The position numbers were made by a program, and so were the translations under genes. This document shows positions 24,721-26,427 of a stretch of 26,427 nt of DNA, in pieces (position 1 is the stretch's first letter; every line of letters starts with the position of its first letter). A model generated the notes under the pieces. That model did not search any database and was not told the DNA's origin. It saw only the letters and a list, made by a program, of their open reading frames with translations. Source of the DNA: Candidatus Methylomirabilia bacterium (GTDB lineage Bacteria > Methylomirabilota > Methylomirabilia > Rokubacteriales > CSP1-6); the NCBI GenBank assembly GCA_041492755.1, contig JBGPXN010000057.1:1-26427 (forward strand), written 5' to 3'.

Positions 24721-26094
24721 ATGGATCATAACGTCGATCCCCGACAGCACGTAGGCTTCCGCGACGAACGCGGTATCGTCCTGCCCCTGACCCTGCTGAT
24801 GATGGTCGTCCTGACGGCCCTGGCCCTCGGGCTGGTGTCGATGGCGGGTTTCGAGCCCGTGATCTCCAAGAACCTGGAACAGACGACCCAGGCGCGATTC
24901 GCCGCCGAGGCGGGTCTCGAGTGGGCGTTCAACCAGATCGCGCCCCAGCCCCAGGGCAACTGGAATCAGTTCCTCTCGGGGCCGACCTCTGAGGATGGCA
25001 ATGGCGTGATCATGACCAGTGGGACGCCAATGGGCACGTTGTCCACCGCGCGGGGCACGTTCAAGGTGATCGTGCGGAACGATACGCTGCCCGGGGACAC
25101 TGCGATCACCGGTTGTGTTCCCACTGCCCCCTGTGCGCCTAATCCCGTCATCCCCGAAACCGCGACCACCGACAACAACAAAGTTCTGATCTTGACGTCC
25201 ACCGGCACCGTGGGAACCGCGGTGAAGAGCGTCCGCGCCGTCCTGAAGAAGGCGCTCTTCCCCAACGGCCGGCCCCCGGGCGCCCTGAATTTCCCGGGGA
25301 ACGAGGCGGAGGTCGCCTTCACCGGCAATTCCTTCGAGGTCGACGGCCGCGGCTACAAGATGGACGGCACGTTCGACAGCTCGTGCGCCGACCGCTGGGG
25401 CATCGCGGTGTCGAACACGCTGCCCACCGGCACCCCCGGGAGCAACGAGCCGGTCGTGGAGAGCGCGCTGTCGTCGCAGCAGAAGGACAACGTCAAGGGC
25501 AAGAAGCAGGTCGCATCGGGCCTGGCCGAAGGCGACAACACGGTTGCCGCCGCCTCGGAGCTGGATCCCGCCAACATCCAGGCCTTCATCGACCAGGCCA
25601 AGAACGCGGCCGACATCAGCCTCACGAGCAGCCCGCCGAGCGGCCTGTCGTTCAACGACATCGGGTCCACGTGCGCGAGCACCCCGAACGATCAGAACTG
25701 CTGGGGTACCGCCAACAACCCGAAGATCGTCTACGTCAAGGGCGCTCCCGACCCGACGTCCGCGTTCTCCGCCCTGCAGATCGGCGGCACCAGCACCGGC
25801 TACGGGATCCTCATCGTGGAGGACGGCGACCTCCGCATCAACGGCAACTTCGGATGGTGGGGTATCATCATCGTCACGGGGCAGTACGTGGGCGTCGGCT
25901 TCCTCGGCGGCGGCAATCAGACCGTGTACGGCGCGGTCATCTCCAACGAGACGGCGACCGATCCCGGCTACCGGGAAGGTGTTCTCCAGGGCAATGCGAA
26001 GCTCCGCTACAGCTGCGAAGCGCTCGACAGCGCGTTCAACAATCGCAAGCTCACCGCCATCATCGGATGGAAGGACCTCGCCCCGGGTGAATGA
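24721..26094 (+). CDS. PilX N-terminal domain minor pilin-like surface protein
   Basis: Class III prepilin signal RDERG|IVLPLTLLMMVVL without Glu5, plus 'QARFAAEAGLEWA' typical of PilX_N. The C-terminal domain is G/T/S/N-rich with several Cys. Confidence 0.8.
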   Translation: MDHNVDPRQHVGFRDERGIVLPLTLLMMVVLTALALGLVSMAGFEPVISKNLEQTTQARFAAEAGLEWAFNQIAPQPQGNWNQFLSGPTSEDGNGVIMTSGTPMGTLSTARGTFKVIVRNDTLPGDTAITGCVPTAPCAPNPVIPETATTDNNKVLILTSTGTVGTAVKSVRAVLKKALFPNGRPPGALNFPGNEAEVAFTGNSFEVDGRGYKMDGTFDSSCADRWGIAVSNTLPTGTPGSNEPVVESALSSQQKDNVKGKKQVASGLAEGDNTVAAASELDPANIQAFIDQAKNAADISLTSSPPSGLSFNDIGSTCASTPNDQNCWGTANNPKIVYVKGAPDPTSAFSALQIGGTSTGYGILIVEDGDLRINGNFGWWGIIIVTGQYVGVGFLGGGNQTVYGAVISNETATDPGYREGVLQGNAKLRYSCEALDSAFNNRKLTAIIGWKDLAPGE

Positions 26095-26427
26095 GCGTCT
26101 TCACGACGCTCCGATCACGAGCGTATCTTCGTTCCTCGTCCTGATCTTTCTCCTCGCTCTGGCCCCTGCGCTGGCCGCCGAGTCGCCGGTCGGCAAGTGG
26201 AAGCCGGTGGACGAGAAGACCGGCAAGGTCCAGTCCGAGGTCGAGATCTACGCGCAGGACGGCAAGATCTTCGGCAAGATCGTCAGCCTGACCGAGCCCA
26301 ACGACGAGAAGACCGGCAAACCGAAGACCTGCGTGAAGTGCTCGGGCGCGGACAAGGACAAGCCGATCCTCGGCCTGGTGATCATCCGGGACCTGAGCCC
26401 GGGCGGCGAGCGCTACAAGGGCGGCAC
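26087..26427 (+). CDS. DUF2147-family secreted protein, 3'-truncated by the window edge
   Basis: Not in the ORF track. From GTG 26087: MNERLHDAPITSVSSFLVLIFLLALAPALAAESPVGKWKPVDEKTGKVQSEVEIY...GKIFGKIV...CVKCSGADKDKPILGLVII...YKGG, i.e. a signal peptide plus the DUF2147 pattern. Confidence 0.85.
   Translation, partial: MNERLHDAPITSVSSFLVLIFLLALAPALAAESPVGKWKPVDEKTGKVQSEVEIYAQDGKIFGKIVSLTEPNDEKTGKPKTCVKCSGADKDKPILGLVIIRDLSPGGERYKGG

Noticed and set aside
26091..26144. ATG at 26091 as the start of the last gene
   Set aside because: That frame stops after 17 codons. The DUF2147 frame opens at GTG 26087.

Overview
A GC-rich bacterial chromosomal window with about 26 intact or edge-truncated genes plus several gene relics. 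The gene content (family-5 peptide ABC components, amidohydrolase, LLM, SDRs, many small TA genes) resembles soil Candidatus Rokubacteria/Methylomirabilota, but that assignment is an impression and was not tested. In order: alpha/beta hydrolase (partial), vapBC, a bicupin-OppD/OppF-LLM-Gfo/Idh/MocA-SDR-GlcG catabolic cluster, a damaged MNT nucleotidyltransferase locus, amidohydrolase, ABC substrate-binding protein (SBP), orphan nucleotidyltransferase, SBP relic, XPB/Rad25 helicase + DUF790 nuclease, DUF4258/YgiT TA-like pair, SDR, double hotdog protein, MFS relic, DUF151 nuclease-AAA ATPase-thioesterase operon, GldA/F/G-like ABC + DUF4340, PilX-like pilin and DUF2147 (partial). Highlights: (1) a minimal PAN/Cdc48-clade AAA+ ATPase with degenerate motor motifs that ends in the proteasome-docking motif GQYL; (2) an XPB-like helicase ending in a perfect beta-clamp-binding motif QLDLF, encoded inside its overlap with the DUF790 nuclease gene; (3) a ~72-bp multi-hairpin dispersed repeat in two copies, one translated in-frame in a protein tail; (4) several deletion scars and candidate leaderless promoters. 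I saw no rRNA, tRNA, CRISPR array, transposase or integrase. All family calls come from motif recognition by eye; no searches were run.
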